A stretch of 64,000 nt of DNA from Tubulanus polymorphus (Eukaryota; Animalia; Nemertea): contig NC_134031.1 in assembly GCF_964204645.1 (NCBI RefSeq), positions 14,247,807-14,311,806 of the forward strand, read 5' to 3'. Each line of letters begins with the position of its first letter. Positions within the stretch are counted from its first letter, which is position 1. Position numbers and translations under genes: made by a program. The notes under the pieces are model-generated. The model saw nothing but the letters and a program-made list of their open reading frames with translations, was not told the DNA's origin and ran no database searches. Positions 12,095 to 24,634 of the stretch are shown here, in pieces.

Positions 12095-13111
12095 CATTCA
12101 TAAACCACATACAACAAATCAAAATAGGCAACTTTGAACTTGAAAGAGTAAAACAAATAGATTTCCTCGGCTTGACAATACATGAAAATCTGAACTGGAA
12201 ACCACATATCGACAAAATACACAAGAAAATTTCACAAATTACTGGTATCATAAACAAAACTAAAAACATCCTAGACACACAAAATTTACTTTCTCTTTAC
12301 TACACCTTAGTCTATCCTCATTTGAACTATGGCTTGTTGGCTTGGGGCCACTCGCCTTATAATAAAAAATGCCTCCTATACCAAAAGAAGATTGTTCGAA
12401 TAATCACCAACTCTAAGTACACTGCACACACAGACCCACTTTTTAAAAATCTTGAAATCCTCAAAATCAATGATGTCCTCATCCTTAAAACTGCACTTTT
12501 TATTCAAAACACCATCAAATCTTCACCCCATTACTTTTATAATTACTTCACCGCGGAAAACTTATCTCCTTTAGTCAACATCAGAAAAAGCATATATTTA
12601 GACCACACATATTCTTTATTTTCAAAACAAACACCGCCAACCCCGCATCAAAATTCACCTCAAAACATTCTTTCAAACATCTGGCAAAAACTACCTTTTT
12701 CCAATGACATCCTACAAACAAGCAAACAAAATTTAAAACGTAAACTCAGACCATATCTCACCTCCGCCTACAATGATATCCATCAATGTAATAACCCTAA
12801 TTGTTATAATTGCTCACTCTCCTGAACCCTCTAGCTTACTCATATAAACTCTCCTGAAATTATCAAAAATCATCAACTTTCATTTCCTTCCCCTTTATTT
12901 CTTCATTTCCCTTTCGTTTTTTTTCCCTGGGTGCTTGCGACAGCGGCCTAAAGGCTTTGCTTGGCCCACACTGAAAGCTACTGTTCTCTCTCTCTTTTTA
13001 TAATTGTGCTTTGTTTAAAAAAATTGTAAATTTTATTGTTTGTTTTCTCTCAACCTATGTACATAGCCTGTCATGCTTTCTGTGAAATAAATTTGAACTT
13101 GAACTTGAACT
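12095..13111 (+). mobile_element. 5'-truncated LINE (CR1/L2/Crack-like): ORF2 C-terminus plus 3'UTR
   Basis: ORF 12172-12825 (FLGLTIHENLNWKPHID...LYYTLVYPHLNYGLLAWG...QKKIVRII...HTDPLFKNLEILKI) is typical post-RT sequence; ends in AATAAA plus a (TTGAAC)n tail. Confidence 0.85.
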
Positions 13112-13145
13112 AGTGGCCATGCTGTACACTGACCATACGGAAAGG

Positions 13146-13836
13146 TGTTGCGATGTAAGTCAATTGTAGTTGGATTACGTACTTCGAGTCATCACGGGAA
13201 GCGTGTAATTAGTGAAATTGAGTTCTCGATTGTGACTGGGCGATTTGTACATACGTAGCGATTCCTCCTTTACAATGAGGGTCTTCAATTTGAGAGGGGC
13301 TCACATAGATACCGCGGGTATTGTAGCTGTGCACATTGACTACAGAGGACGGGACTAGCCTCACATATACACTACCTACCCGGTGGCATTCACTGGAGCT
13401 ATAGATATAGTTTTGTGTCCATTGTTCCCATAGTAATTTCCCTGATAAGATCAAACATTATAAAACTGCGGCTGCTAGTGCTAGTGCTGGTGCTATAACA
13501 ACTAGGAATATGGATCTATTTAGACATAGATTTCGAGACACTAAGTCGTTTATCATTTAATCAGTTTGTTCATTGATTAGTGTCAATCTGAGTATGACAC
13601 CTGACAACGCCTGTCTCTGCCAAACTCAGACTGACTGTCTCAACTTATATTGTCTCTGGTTGAGACTGCTCAATTCATAGGAATCTAATGTGAAACATAT
13701 TGTACTGTCTTTGTTTTTGTTTGACTACCTTGTATGTGTATAAATGTGATGTGTAATGTGCTGAACAGAAGAGATTGTATGATTGTCGACCACTCTGGAT
13801 AAAGAATAAAACTACTATATTGAATATTCTACAACG
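13146..13836 (+). mobile_element. Possible solo LTR
   Basis: TGTTG...CAAC(G) ends, internal TATAAAA (~13459) and AATAAA (~13805); no TSD found. Confidence 0.3.
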
Positions 13837-14014
13837 GTTGTCCGTTTGTTAATCGCCATCCAGCTACGTCCCCCTTGCAACTATACGGAAATTTAGGTTG
13901 CTACAGTGCTGCGGCACCACAGCTGCTGCGTCTGCTCTCTGTGTGTCATATCATGACGTGCATTCGTCGTGTTAATATAATCATCTCTTAATATCGACTT
14001 AAATCGGTCGTGAT

Positions 14015-14250
14015 TGACCGTAACTGACCACTACGGGAACGAACTGACCACTGTGGCAAGTGACCACTACGGGAACCTGACTGATCTCGGCAACTGACCA
14101 TTATGGGAACGAACTGACCGCTGCGGCAAATTGAATGACCACTGCAGCAACCTGACCACAGGAACAAACTGACGACTGCGGCAGCTGACCTATACGGGAT
14201 CCCGACTGACGACTACGGGAACTAACCTCTCCTCGGACAACTGGCCACTA
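14015..14250. repeat. Diverged short tandem repeat
   Basis: Repeated CTGACCACTACGGGAAC / CTGACCACTG(C/T)GGCA units. Confidence 0.75.
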
Positions 14251-14547
14251 GAGGGAAGTGAACGCCTAGGAACGTCATTTCAACTAGATTCTGAAATTTA
14301 TCTTAAATTTTTCACTAAATTTTCTATCAATATTCAAATGAATATCAAACACAGAATTTGGTATAAGAATAAATGCTATACAAAATGAATGGATTCACAG
14401 CTTTTTCTATTTATTTTTCCCTAATTTTTGCATAATCATTTTATTGTAGAATTTTCATTTTTTGTGATAAATTTGTAATTCGAATTTATGCAGGTGTGCA
14501 GCGGTATTATCTAAGATAGATTTTTATTTTTCGGACAAATCTTGATA

Positions 14548-14810
14548 TCAGATTAGTAGCTGAAACGTGGCGACTTGGTCCTGTCTGATTGTATAGTTGA
14601 CTAGTCGGACTGGTCCTGTTAAGAGTCTGTTTTTAAGGGTATCTCTCCAGCGTCCGGCCGGTATGTATATCTCCCGTTCAGTCGTGTTCGGCTGTAGTAT
14701 CGGAGCAACGAGGAGTTTCTTACCGATCATAAACTGATCGTCTGCGGCTTGTTGAATAGCTTGATCGTCTGTGGGATGCGCCCACCAAACCGGGCGGATT
14801 AACGGCGCAC
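14548..14810 (-). CDS. GH31/MYORG-like protein, terminal coding exon
   Basis: Acceptor ...ttccAG| at 14812-14811; translates as (G)APLIRPVWWAHPTDD...DQFMIGKKLLVAPILQP...IYIPAGRWRD, the conserved GH31 C-terminal motifs; phase-1 junction keeps frame with the upstream exon. Confidence 0.9.
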
Positions 14811-15178
14811 CTGGAATGTAAACATCAATTACTGATATAAAAGGGAACCTTATTAGACAAATTTATAGATTAAAAACAAAATCATTGATCAAATTAAGAC
14901 GTGTCGTTTCGGAACATCACGGGATCTGGTTCCGCAAATTAGAAACCAGTTCCACAGTTCAGAGCGCAGGAGGGTTATGATTTGACTCAGTTAACTCATC
15001 GGAAATTGAACTTATTTGTACTTACAACTACGTCTCTGGGAATTTGACGCGTACAATTCGTTTTCAATTTGTTTATAGTGGTTAAAATATAACTGCTTGC
15101 TTCAAAATGTATTCTTTAAAAGATTCGATAAGTTTGGTTCTACATTTTTTTGATTCAACTTTTAAAAAACTTCATTAC

Positions 15179-16721
15179 CGTTTTTGCGCACTTCATCGAC
15201 AGCCTGCAATAGAATTGGCTCTACAATATTGCGTCGAATCTGTGTATATTTCCTGCTGATATTCACTATCGACATTTTATCCTTTTCATTCATTTTATCC
15301 TCCTCGTTCGCTAATTCGGACGGTAAAATCGTGAATGACATCATCGGCAGAAACGTCATTAATTCCAACCAGCGCGCGTATAAATCGTTATCTACACCGC
15401 CTACAGGGGGTGCCACCGTATAAGGGTACCCCAGTAAGCCGTAGTGAATATGCGCGGGTATCAGGGCGCGTAGGCTTGCCCAGGTCGGCGCCGTCTCGGG
15501 TAAATGCACGAATGCGGCGAATTTCTGCGACTTTCGAGGATTCGTTTTGAAAATCGAAACTGCTGGAATTCTGTGCAAGGATTCGATTTCATCGGATGGA
15601 ATTTTCCGATCGACACTGAACACGTCCGTTCCGAGATCGACTGCGGTTTGCATCACCCGTTCAGTGAACCAGGTGTCAGCACCATCGACGTCTAAATTCA
15701 GTACGGGCATCAGTTCGTCGTTATCGTTGAAGAGATACGGGATCCGATTTTCACCGTTTCGTAATTGCCAATAACCCCGCCGGAAACCGTCGCGAAAACA
15801 GTCCGTGTTCACGTGACATATCGCTAAAACCGGAAGTGTCATTTTGACTGATGAAAGTCGCAGGCGGTCGCTGTTTTGACGGCAGATTTTCGATTGCGAC
15901 AAACATTCAACGAAATACTTCAAATCGGTTTTCATTATCAGATTCCGTAGGCCCGATTCGTTTTTATGGCGTAGAATATATCGTAGTTTTTGTTGAGTGT
16001 CGTTTGAATTTGAATTCGAAAGTTTGCTACCAAAAATGACGGCCGTTTTGAATAATTCAAGCCATGGTTGAATACGCGGCCAGCCGAGGTACGTGTCGGC
16101 CATATACTCATGCAACACCCGCGCATTGGAGCCTGTGCATACACTGAAATATTGAGACTGCTTGCCGTTATTTCTAAAACAAAGTTGTTTGCCAATTTTC
16201 GAATGGACGGCGTCGAAATCAACCGGCACAGATGCGTAAAGGGCTATTCCGCTAGAATGTAGCCAATAGCGTTCCCCTGTGGTCGGCTCGTTTGCATAAC
16301 CACGCTCGCTAGGTGCCGCTAGCATACGATGTATTCCTTTCGAGTTTAATAAACCGTTAAAACAAACTGCGTACGCACTAGAAATCGAATCTGCAATGAA
16401 TTTCACCAGTTTAAAATGATCGCAGATAATGTCAATAGTTGGCCTATGTCGGTTGTTTTCGATCACTTTACCTTGGCCCAGCGACAGACGGATGGTGTCT
16501 TCGTCACCGGGAATATTCAAAATGGGTCCATAAGATGTCCTTTTAAACTCCACTCGAATCGTAACATCTGGCGTTACTGGTGATTCGGTCACCCACGCTA
16601 TACCGGACCGCGTTTGAACCCATCTCTGTTTTGCAACTCCAAATTTCGACAATAAAATCCAAATCAGGATTAAATAAACTCCACAAATCAAGAGTAAAAG
16701 AACAAAGTTTAGGCGCCCCAT
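15179..16721 (-). CDS. GH31/MYORG (SITS-binding protein)-like type II membrane protein, main coding exon
   Basis: ATG at 16721 with an in-frame TAA two codons upstream; N-terminal hydrophobic anchor; ERYWLHSSG, LRALIP...GLLGYPY...VGG and LYARWLEL..FLPMMSF motifs; donor G|GTAAT at 15178. Spliced CDS is 1806 nt = 601 aa. A probable acceptor at 16834-16833 implies an upstream non-coding exon. Confidence 0.88.
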
Positions 16722-18449
16722 TTTTTAAACTACACAAACTGTAGACAGGACTATCAGCTGGACTGTTGATGGATTGTCAGATCGGGTCTTGCCGACTTAA
16801 TGATTCTTGACGGTTTTCGGATGTTTACGATGCTGAAAAATACAACGAAAGAAAAGCAAAATGCACCTTACTTTTGAGACTGCTGTAGATTTATACATAT
16901 ATCACCGAATTGAGAATCTGTCCCCACAGTTACAGTTCTCTGTTTGGCTCTAGAATTTCCAATATTTTGAAATATAATCAGATTTCAACAGACAACTGTG
17001 CGAATGGTTGCAGCAGAAATGAAAGATTATTCCAAATAGAATTTTTTAGTAAAATCCACAATAGGCATGAAGAGCGGTTTACCCTGATTTGACCGGTAAC
17101 GAGCGAGGCGCCATTTCGACTGTATTCTAAATTCATGTACGTGTGTGAAGTATTACGACTATTCAACCGCTAATTCATGCGTAGTCACGCATTGTATTGT
17201 TAGTATCGGCTCCACGGATATTTGGGTATCAGCTGGTTTATTGTATATGAGATGTAACTTGATGTTTTTTCGCAACCTGATAGATTTGTTTCACATATTG
17301 TGCGCGCTCTCGGCAGATCGATAAAGCCGTCACACTGACAGAAGTCTATAAATCAGGGGATCAGTCAATTCGTAGACTTACGATATGCCCCAAAATATCA
17401 ACCTAATCCTATTCTGAGTCTGATCATTTGTATTGATATTTCATAGCTCATTTGTTCTATAGCTTTATAATTGTATTGGACATAAAACTCTACCGGCACG
17501 CTAAAAAGAAAACATAAGTCTCAACCCTTCAGGAAAGCATAATTATGATAAGACAAACTTATGGCAGCCCTTTCACTTTCAATGACTTCAACAAGGTGAT
17601 TTGATCGTAGTTAACTCGGTAATACTGGCTCCAGATGCGTTAAATGTTGTTTAGGAAGACACCGATTGTTAACCCTTTAAATTCATGACTAAAGATCTAA
17701 TGTTTATTGTCAAATATTTTGTCGGTTAAATTTGAATCTGTCGATCAAAATACTAGAATAATCATAGCCTGTCATTAAATCGTTTTTCATGACAATATTT
17801 TGACGTTGATTGCGACAAAATGCAAATTTAATTCGTTGATAGAATCGAAAAAGTAACAGTCTGTTGACAGCGACCATGACGGAATTATCTTTCGAAAAAA
17901 ATATTAGCTCCGATCATTTTCTCCGGGAAATGAAAGATGATGGCAGCAGCTGAAAGGTAAATTGTCGCGGAATTAAATTGTCATTATTCATAGAATGCTG
18001 TCAAATAAAGTATAAATCCATGTCTGAAAGTGTCACAATGTCAGAGCCCACTGAATGACGGATAATAGATAGGAATTGTCGCCACATGGTCGTATCTCAT
18101 CTCACTCAATATTACTCCAAATGTCAATTCTTGTTTTTATCCTAATTTATTGTGAGTTGTTGCTTAAATTTCTTATTTCACAAAGATATCCTTGGATTAA
18201 GTTGTGGCTAATGATTCTAAGCTTAGGACCCAGTTCTACAGTTCTGGCGCCGATTCCACTGTGTTCTCAATTCAGAAAAAAATTGAAAAAATTAAAAAAC
18301 AATTAATTTTCAAATCATATTTACTGGCAACTGTGGATCGTTTTTCGGATCATGTATAGAATATGGTAATATAGTCCCTTATTGCGGAAGCTTAAGGTAA
18401 AATGAGAGAATGATTCGGTTCATAATTCTGTATTTGAATTATATATAAC

Positions 18450-18725
18450 ATTGGCAATCCCGACATTCCGACACTCCCGACGTTCCGGCAATCCGACGTA
18501 CTCGACAATCCCGACATGCCGGCAAACCGACATACCCGACAATTCGACATACCACGATTCCAGCACCTCTCTACAGGGGATTATTAGGAACCGAACGCCC
18601 CACGATCCCGGCACCTCTGTACAGGGGAATATTAGGAACCAAACGCCCCACGATCCCGGTATAATATCAAGAACCGAACGCCCCACGATCCTAGGGGAAT
18701 ATTAGGAACCAAACACCCCACGGCT
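18450..18725. repeat. Short tandem repeats
   Basis: ~9-10-bp CCGACA-type units followed by longer GGAACC(G/A)AACGCCCCACGATCC units. Confidence 0.75.
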
Positions 18726-18837
18726 CAACTCCAGAACAGGTAAAAGTAGATCTGCGGGTTGGTTCCAACATTTTCACTGAGAAAAGTATTAATACGCGCA
18801 GATCGATAGAAGGGGGCACGTGAAGTAATTTTCAGAA

Positions 18838-19445
18838 GTCGACAATCGGCAATCGGCAATCGGAAACCTGATAGTCGACCATTTCTCGGGTCGGCAATCG
18901 GCAATCAGAAACCTGACAGTCGACCATTTCTCGGGTCTGATTTAACTCTTTCCCTCATATTGCTTCAATGCGCTCTATTTTTGCAAGTTCGTGAATGGTT
19001 TGAACAATGATGGCTGTTTCTATGTTGCTTACAACAGATTGTGAGGGTGATATAGATGCTGCGATTGTGAGGGCGATATAGATGCTGCGTTTGTGAGGGT
19101 GATATAGATGCTGGGATTGTGAGGGCGATATAGAGGCTGTGATTGTGAAGGCGATATAGATGCTGTGATTGTGAGGGCGATATAGATGCTGCGATTGTGA
19201 TGGCGATAAAGATGCTGCGATTGTGAGGGTGAAATAGATGTGATTGTGATTGTGAGGGCGATATAGATGCTGTGATTGTGAGGGCGATATAGATGCTGCG
19301 ATTGTGAGGGCGATATAGATGCTGTGGGTGACTGGTTTCTGATTGCCGATTGTCGATTCGAGAAATGGTCGACAGTCAGGTTTCTGATTGCCGATTGCCG
19401 ATTGCCGACCCAAGAAATGGTCGACAATCAGGTTTCTGGCGGCAA
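18838..19445. mobile_element. Foldback/MITE-like element with repetitive inverted arms and an internal 26-bp minisatellite
   Basis: Arms (GGCAATC)n-GAAACCTGA-GTCGACCATTTCTCG at 18838-18935 are inverted at ~19333-19445; GATTGTGAGGGCGATATAGATGCTGC array at ~19037-19325. Confidence 0.65.
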
Positions 19446-19709
19446 TTTGAAACCGAACCACTCCCCTCATTTAAGAAAACCCTGCACGATGGAACTATTT
19501 TGACCTATTCAGGAGTTGAACCGTTCAGGGGCTATCCCAGACAACTCTGTAGATCGGAATATTGGAACCAAATTGCCGTATCTTTAATAGCGTTCACTCG
19601 TAGTACGTATTTCGTGAATTATTCGTAATCGATGCCCAAGGGGATTGAAGCGTAAAAATCATTTCCAAAACATTTCCAAACATTTTCTAAATTTTGTCAA
19701 ACTAACGAT

Positions 19710-19806
19710 ACTGACGATGTTGGTGATGTTGACATTGTTGGCGATAATGACGTTGTTTACGATGTTGACGATGATGACGATGTTGATGATGTTGTCGATG
19801 TTGTCA
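19710..19806. repeat. (GATGTTGAC)n-like microsatellite
   Basis: Degenerate 3/9-bp periodicity. Confidence 0.7.
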
Positions 19807-21204
19807 AATATTTTTGAATTACTACACTGCGTTGTAATTCGTTTATCGGTGAAAAGTCTTGTGACTTCTTAACCGGGTACTGGAGTTGAGCCGAACTTTT
19901 GAATGGGATGAGCAATGATTCAAAAGTTGAATTATCGGGAAGACGATATCAATGTTTATAACTTCACCAGCGCGCATTGTTGCATTAACTTTATGATTGA
20001 GTGATATCATAAAAAATTATTCGCTGAGTTCATCGATATTTTTACTTAGTTTCTATCTTAGTCCAATCCAGAGATGAACGAAATAAAAAAATTAAACGGG
20101 GGAAAATAGGAACAAAAATTCAACAATGCGGACCCAGTGGGTTCTCAAAAAATGCCGCCTGGAAACTGTGAAAAGGCTTGTTTACAGTTGCAAGTTGCAT
20201 AGCTACTGTTTTCATATGAAAAACCATTGATTTCTATCGAGTTTAAATACAATTTCATATTTGAGAAGTCAACACTTGTCGGTCTGTTAGAGTAAATAAT
20301 AGAATTATTCAATTTCCGAAAAGCCGTTGGCATAAATTCAAATATCAGTTATACAGCAAGAAAATATAATCAATTTTGAATGTGATAACATTTTGTTGAA
20401 TGCCAAAAAGTAACAGAAGCTATAACGATTTATCGATTTCATTCCGAGTGTTGTTGATTATTAACACATGATTTCAATTTATTCATATCTCACTGTATAA
20501 AATACGGTCGTATGAATATCCCGAACAAAAGTTATTTCATAATAAGAATTGAAAATTACTACAAATTGAAATTTCATCATTGCTAAAAGATATCGCAAAT
20601 TCATAATGCAAATTCATAATTGAATCCTTAAGATATAACAAATCGAAAGTTCATTAATTCAAAAAAATGCAAGGTGCGCAGCGGAAAAAATATATTACAA
20701 GTTAGGCCAAGTTCGTCGCACAGTTCCAATATCATGGTTTGAATTTTGAAAATATAGAAGATGTTAAAAGATCATTTACTCTGAAGTTCATGTTTTTAAC
20801 CGTATTTTTACCTAGAGGATAGGCAACATTGGCGCTAGCATGCCGTCAACTTACTGTGGCAATCGGGGAGTCGAGTTGTGGTGGACCGAAACAATGTGGG
20901 AAAAAGGAATTTCTGGCATTGTTTTTTATACAGGTTCGTTACCACCTAGTCGTGTTATATTGATTTCGCCGATTCATATTCAACAAAATGAATCGCTTGA
21001 AAACAGGTGCGATTACTCGACTATAGATATCAGCAAAAATACATAAAGACTCCTCTTTATGTATTTTTGATACTAAAATATCATATACGCGGAGAGGGAA
21101 ATCGAGTGTGAATCATCATTTTAGCGTTTACCGAGGATTTGATAAAATAGCTAATTTCGAACCGTACACTCGCACGCACATTTGTCAACAGTGCGGACGT
21201 TTTG

Positions 21205-21610
21205 TGATCAGTGCAGTGATCAGTCAGGTGTGGTGACTGGTGAACAGAAAGGTGTGGTGACTGGTGACCAGCCAAGTGTGGAAACAGGTGACCAGTCAGG
21301 AGTGATGACTGGTGACCAGTCAGGTGCGGCGACCGCTGATCAGTCAGGTATTATGACTGCTGATCCGTCATGTGTATAGTGACTGGTGACTGCTGATCAG
21401 TCATGTAAGGTGACTGTAATTGACCAATCAAGTAAAGTGGCTGATGACCACTGAGGCATGGTGACTGGTGAGTGCTGACTTGTCAGGTGTATTGACTGTT
21501 GACCCGTTAGGCAGGGTGACTGTTGATCAGTTAGGTGTAGTGACTGGTGACTAGTCAGGCATGGTGACTAGTGACCAATCAGGTATGGTGACTTGTGACT
21601 GCTGATCAGG
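21205..21610 (+). repeat. 24-bp minisatellite
   Basis: GGTGACCAGTCAGGTGT(A/G)GTGACT units; same family as 37065-37620 in the opposite orientation. Confidence 0.85.
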
Positions 21611-21934
21611 TTTGTTGACCATTTTGGGCCTTCAGTCACGACTCGACAACAAGGTTCAGATGTTTACATGTTATTTGACTCAATAAATATGTGGCTGCAT
21701 CATTTATTTTTCAATCCCGGTTTTATAGCGTTATCGACGGTGCAAATAGCACATTACAGCGAGGTTTAATGTCACAATCTGTGACATTAAACATTCATCT
21801 GTAATCAATAAATGCGACATGGAGACCTATAACAATTCCATAAAATACAGATTCGTGGTCGGTTTCAATTAGAATTTAGTCATTCACGTCAAATATGTGT
21901 GGTACCTATTACCCGCTCCGCGTGGAAAAATAAA

Positions 21935-22285
21935 CTCAATTGTGGAACTGGATCCAGAGTCGAATTAAACCCGCATTACTGTGGACCTGGGTGCAGTATC
22001 GAATTAAGTCCACGCAACTGCGGAACTGGGTTCAGGGTCAAATTAATCCTACATTACCCCGGAACTGGATCCATAGTCGAATTAAGTTCGAACAACCGCG
22101 GAAATGAGTTCAGAGTTAAATCAATCCCACACGTGTGGAATTAGATCCAGAGTCAAATTGAGTCCAAACAACTGTGGAACTTGGTCCAGAGTCAAAGTAA
22201 ACCCGCACAACTGCTGAACTGGACCCAAATCAAACCCATGCAACTGTGGAGTTGGGTCCACTGAACCCACACAACTGTGGAACCG
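21935..22285 (+). repeat. ~39-bp tandem repeat (CTGTGGAACTGGGTCCAGA family)
   Basis: Repeated CAACTGTGGAACTGGATCCAGAGTC(G/A)AATTAA; related pieces are dispersed through the window. Confidence 0.8.
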
Positions 22286-24550
22286 CGCGATATCTCGGAG
22301 GTTATAGTTATATAGTTATAAGCTATATGGCATAATAGATTGTCCATTCATCGACAGTCAGTCGGTGTGCTGGTGATGGGAGGCTCCTGCTGTATTGTAG
22401 TAAAACTACTGTAGTATATTGAATAACGACGACAGGAATCAATACTGAAGGTTTATGATTAATCCTCAAATATGCACAATAATTAAAGCGAATGATATAA
22501 GACGGATTCTTACATAAACACCTCGAGGGAGATTGGAACCTAAGATAAGACTGCAGTGTCTGCTGCTGCTGCTGCTGCCGCTGCTGCGGATGCTGCTGCC
22601 GCTAACGTATGTCCTAATACTGAGCAATTCGCATCTATCTACTAATAGATAAATGTAAATTCATCATCTTTCACTTTGATCTCCATTTGGACTCGGTGAA
22701 ATGGGTACAGTTGACTCCTCCAGTAGTCCGCATCCGCGGGACCGATGCGGGTTCATACAGTGCTGCAGAAAAATACGTTATAACCCTGACTACATTCAAT
22801 AAAACATGTATCAAACATCAATATATCAAATATCAATATATCAATATATCAAAATCTGATAATTGCAATATCAGGTGACAGGAAATTCGTCAATAAATTC
22901 CTTCACATATTTCAATATTTATCATGCAATAACTTAATTGGTTGAATTATACATTAGTTCATTGATATCAGCAATCAGTAGTGTAACGCACATAACGCCA
23001 ATCTAACAACTTTAAAACCAGTCGAAGCTGTCGGTCAAGTTTAAACTCAAATTTAAACTCAAACATAAATTAAACTCAATTTCTTTTGGTTTAATTGGTA
23101 TTGGTGGTTACTTAAATGAAGAGAACATTTCAAACTTAAGAATTTAGGCTGAAACTTTTTCGTTGACCTTGAACTGTGTAAACTGAGTCCGCGGAGAACT
23201 GTTTCCAATCGGCAATACCCGGTACACTCTTTGACGATTCGCAAACGCGACGAAAATACTGGCGCAGAAGATAAACGATTTTCCAGCATTATGGATTTTT
23301 GACCGGTGCAACACGGATTACTCCTGGTTAATTCTGCAGAGGATTCTTAGGGATAAGCGGGACGAGAGCTTGAAAGATGAAAAAGAAAATTGACCTCAGA
23401 CTCAAAAACCCTATTGTTTCGTTATTACCAATACTCGGTGACCGTTTATGTGATCTACTACTTATCCACACTCGACATTATCAACTATTGTCTTCAAGAG
23501 TTCCGTTATGTGGAAGGCATACTGTATCATCGGGCTCTTTTTGATGTGCGAATAAAGTTCAGGAGGTGGCTTTATGTTAATATCGAGTCTCCGAGTGTCA
23601 TTAAAAGTTACCATATTTGTACAAATTGTCCCACTACTTTACTTAGAAAACTTTGTACAATGTTTAATGCAATACCACAGTCGTTAGAAGATTTGACTTT
23701 AAAGTTTAAACATTTATGATTTCCATTCATTTAGCTGATGAAGCTACTCTTCACTAGCAACCAAACACGACTACCTGTTTACTCAGTTTACATGGTTTAT
23801 TTAAGCGAAGGTTCGTACTTCAAATGAATCTAGTTAACCTTAACCCGTTTTCAAAGCTAAAAGATTGCAAATAAACAAATTAGAACTGTAGGTTAAATTA
23901 CACTGTGTTGAGCTTAAAATTCTAAATTCGAACTTGTTCGCGAACCGGACTTATTGTTTTAGGAATGACTGTGAACTGTTAAGTGACCTCACGATACCAG
24001 AACCACTCCTGATTGATGATGTTTACTAATTCTGTGTGATAGTCCATCCCCCTCCCTAATGGCATCTTGGTCCCCATGCTGTTTAATTGATAACGCTTGT
24101 TAATTGGCTTTTAGTTGCATCGTCGTGTTTCACAATATCTACCGCTAGATAGTTCTTCGAATAAATACGTACTATGTTAGCAGAGTCGGCAGAGTAAGAA
24201 AACCAAACTGTCTCGTAGTAATGGGGTTTACTTGTACAGCACCGCACAACAAATCAGTGTTTGACTTTAAGTCACTCATAGAATGGTATGAGAAATAGGG
24301 CGGGAGCAGACACAGTACGAGGGTGGCGGAAACATGCTGTGACCGGTATTGTACGTTCCGTGGCCGATCTGTAGCTATAACGCCCAAGAGTCACTGACAG
24401 CACTCAGTATAGAAATTCCCCCAAACGCACATAGATAATTGTCGAATAAACACTATAATCCGTGTATACTGTAGCAACCTGACTGTAGATAAATGAAGAA
24501 ATCCCACACTTCGAATTTAAAATTATACGATCAAATTTATTATTATGAAA

Positions 24551-24588
24551 CCACAACGTTTCGGCTGTTGACTAACAGCCATCATCAG
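24551..24588 (-). ncRNA. Hammerhead core (canonical; 5' strand of stem I missing)
   Basis: Minus strand reads CTGATGA-tggctg[ttagtcaa]cagcc-GAAAC-GTT-gtgg; the upstream AATG cannot pair with GTGG. Confidence 0.7.
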
Positions 24589-24592
24589 CATT

Positions 24593-24634
24593 CCACCTGA
24601 TGATGGCTGTTAGTCAACAGCCGAAGCGTTGTGG
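24593..24634 (+). ncRNA. Minimal type I hammerhead ribozyme (GAAA->GAAG substitution)
   Basis: ccac-CTGATGA-tggctg[ttagtcaa]cagcc-GAAGC-GTT-gtgg; stems I and II are intact. Confidence 0.72.
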
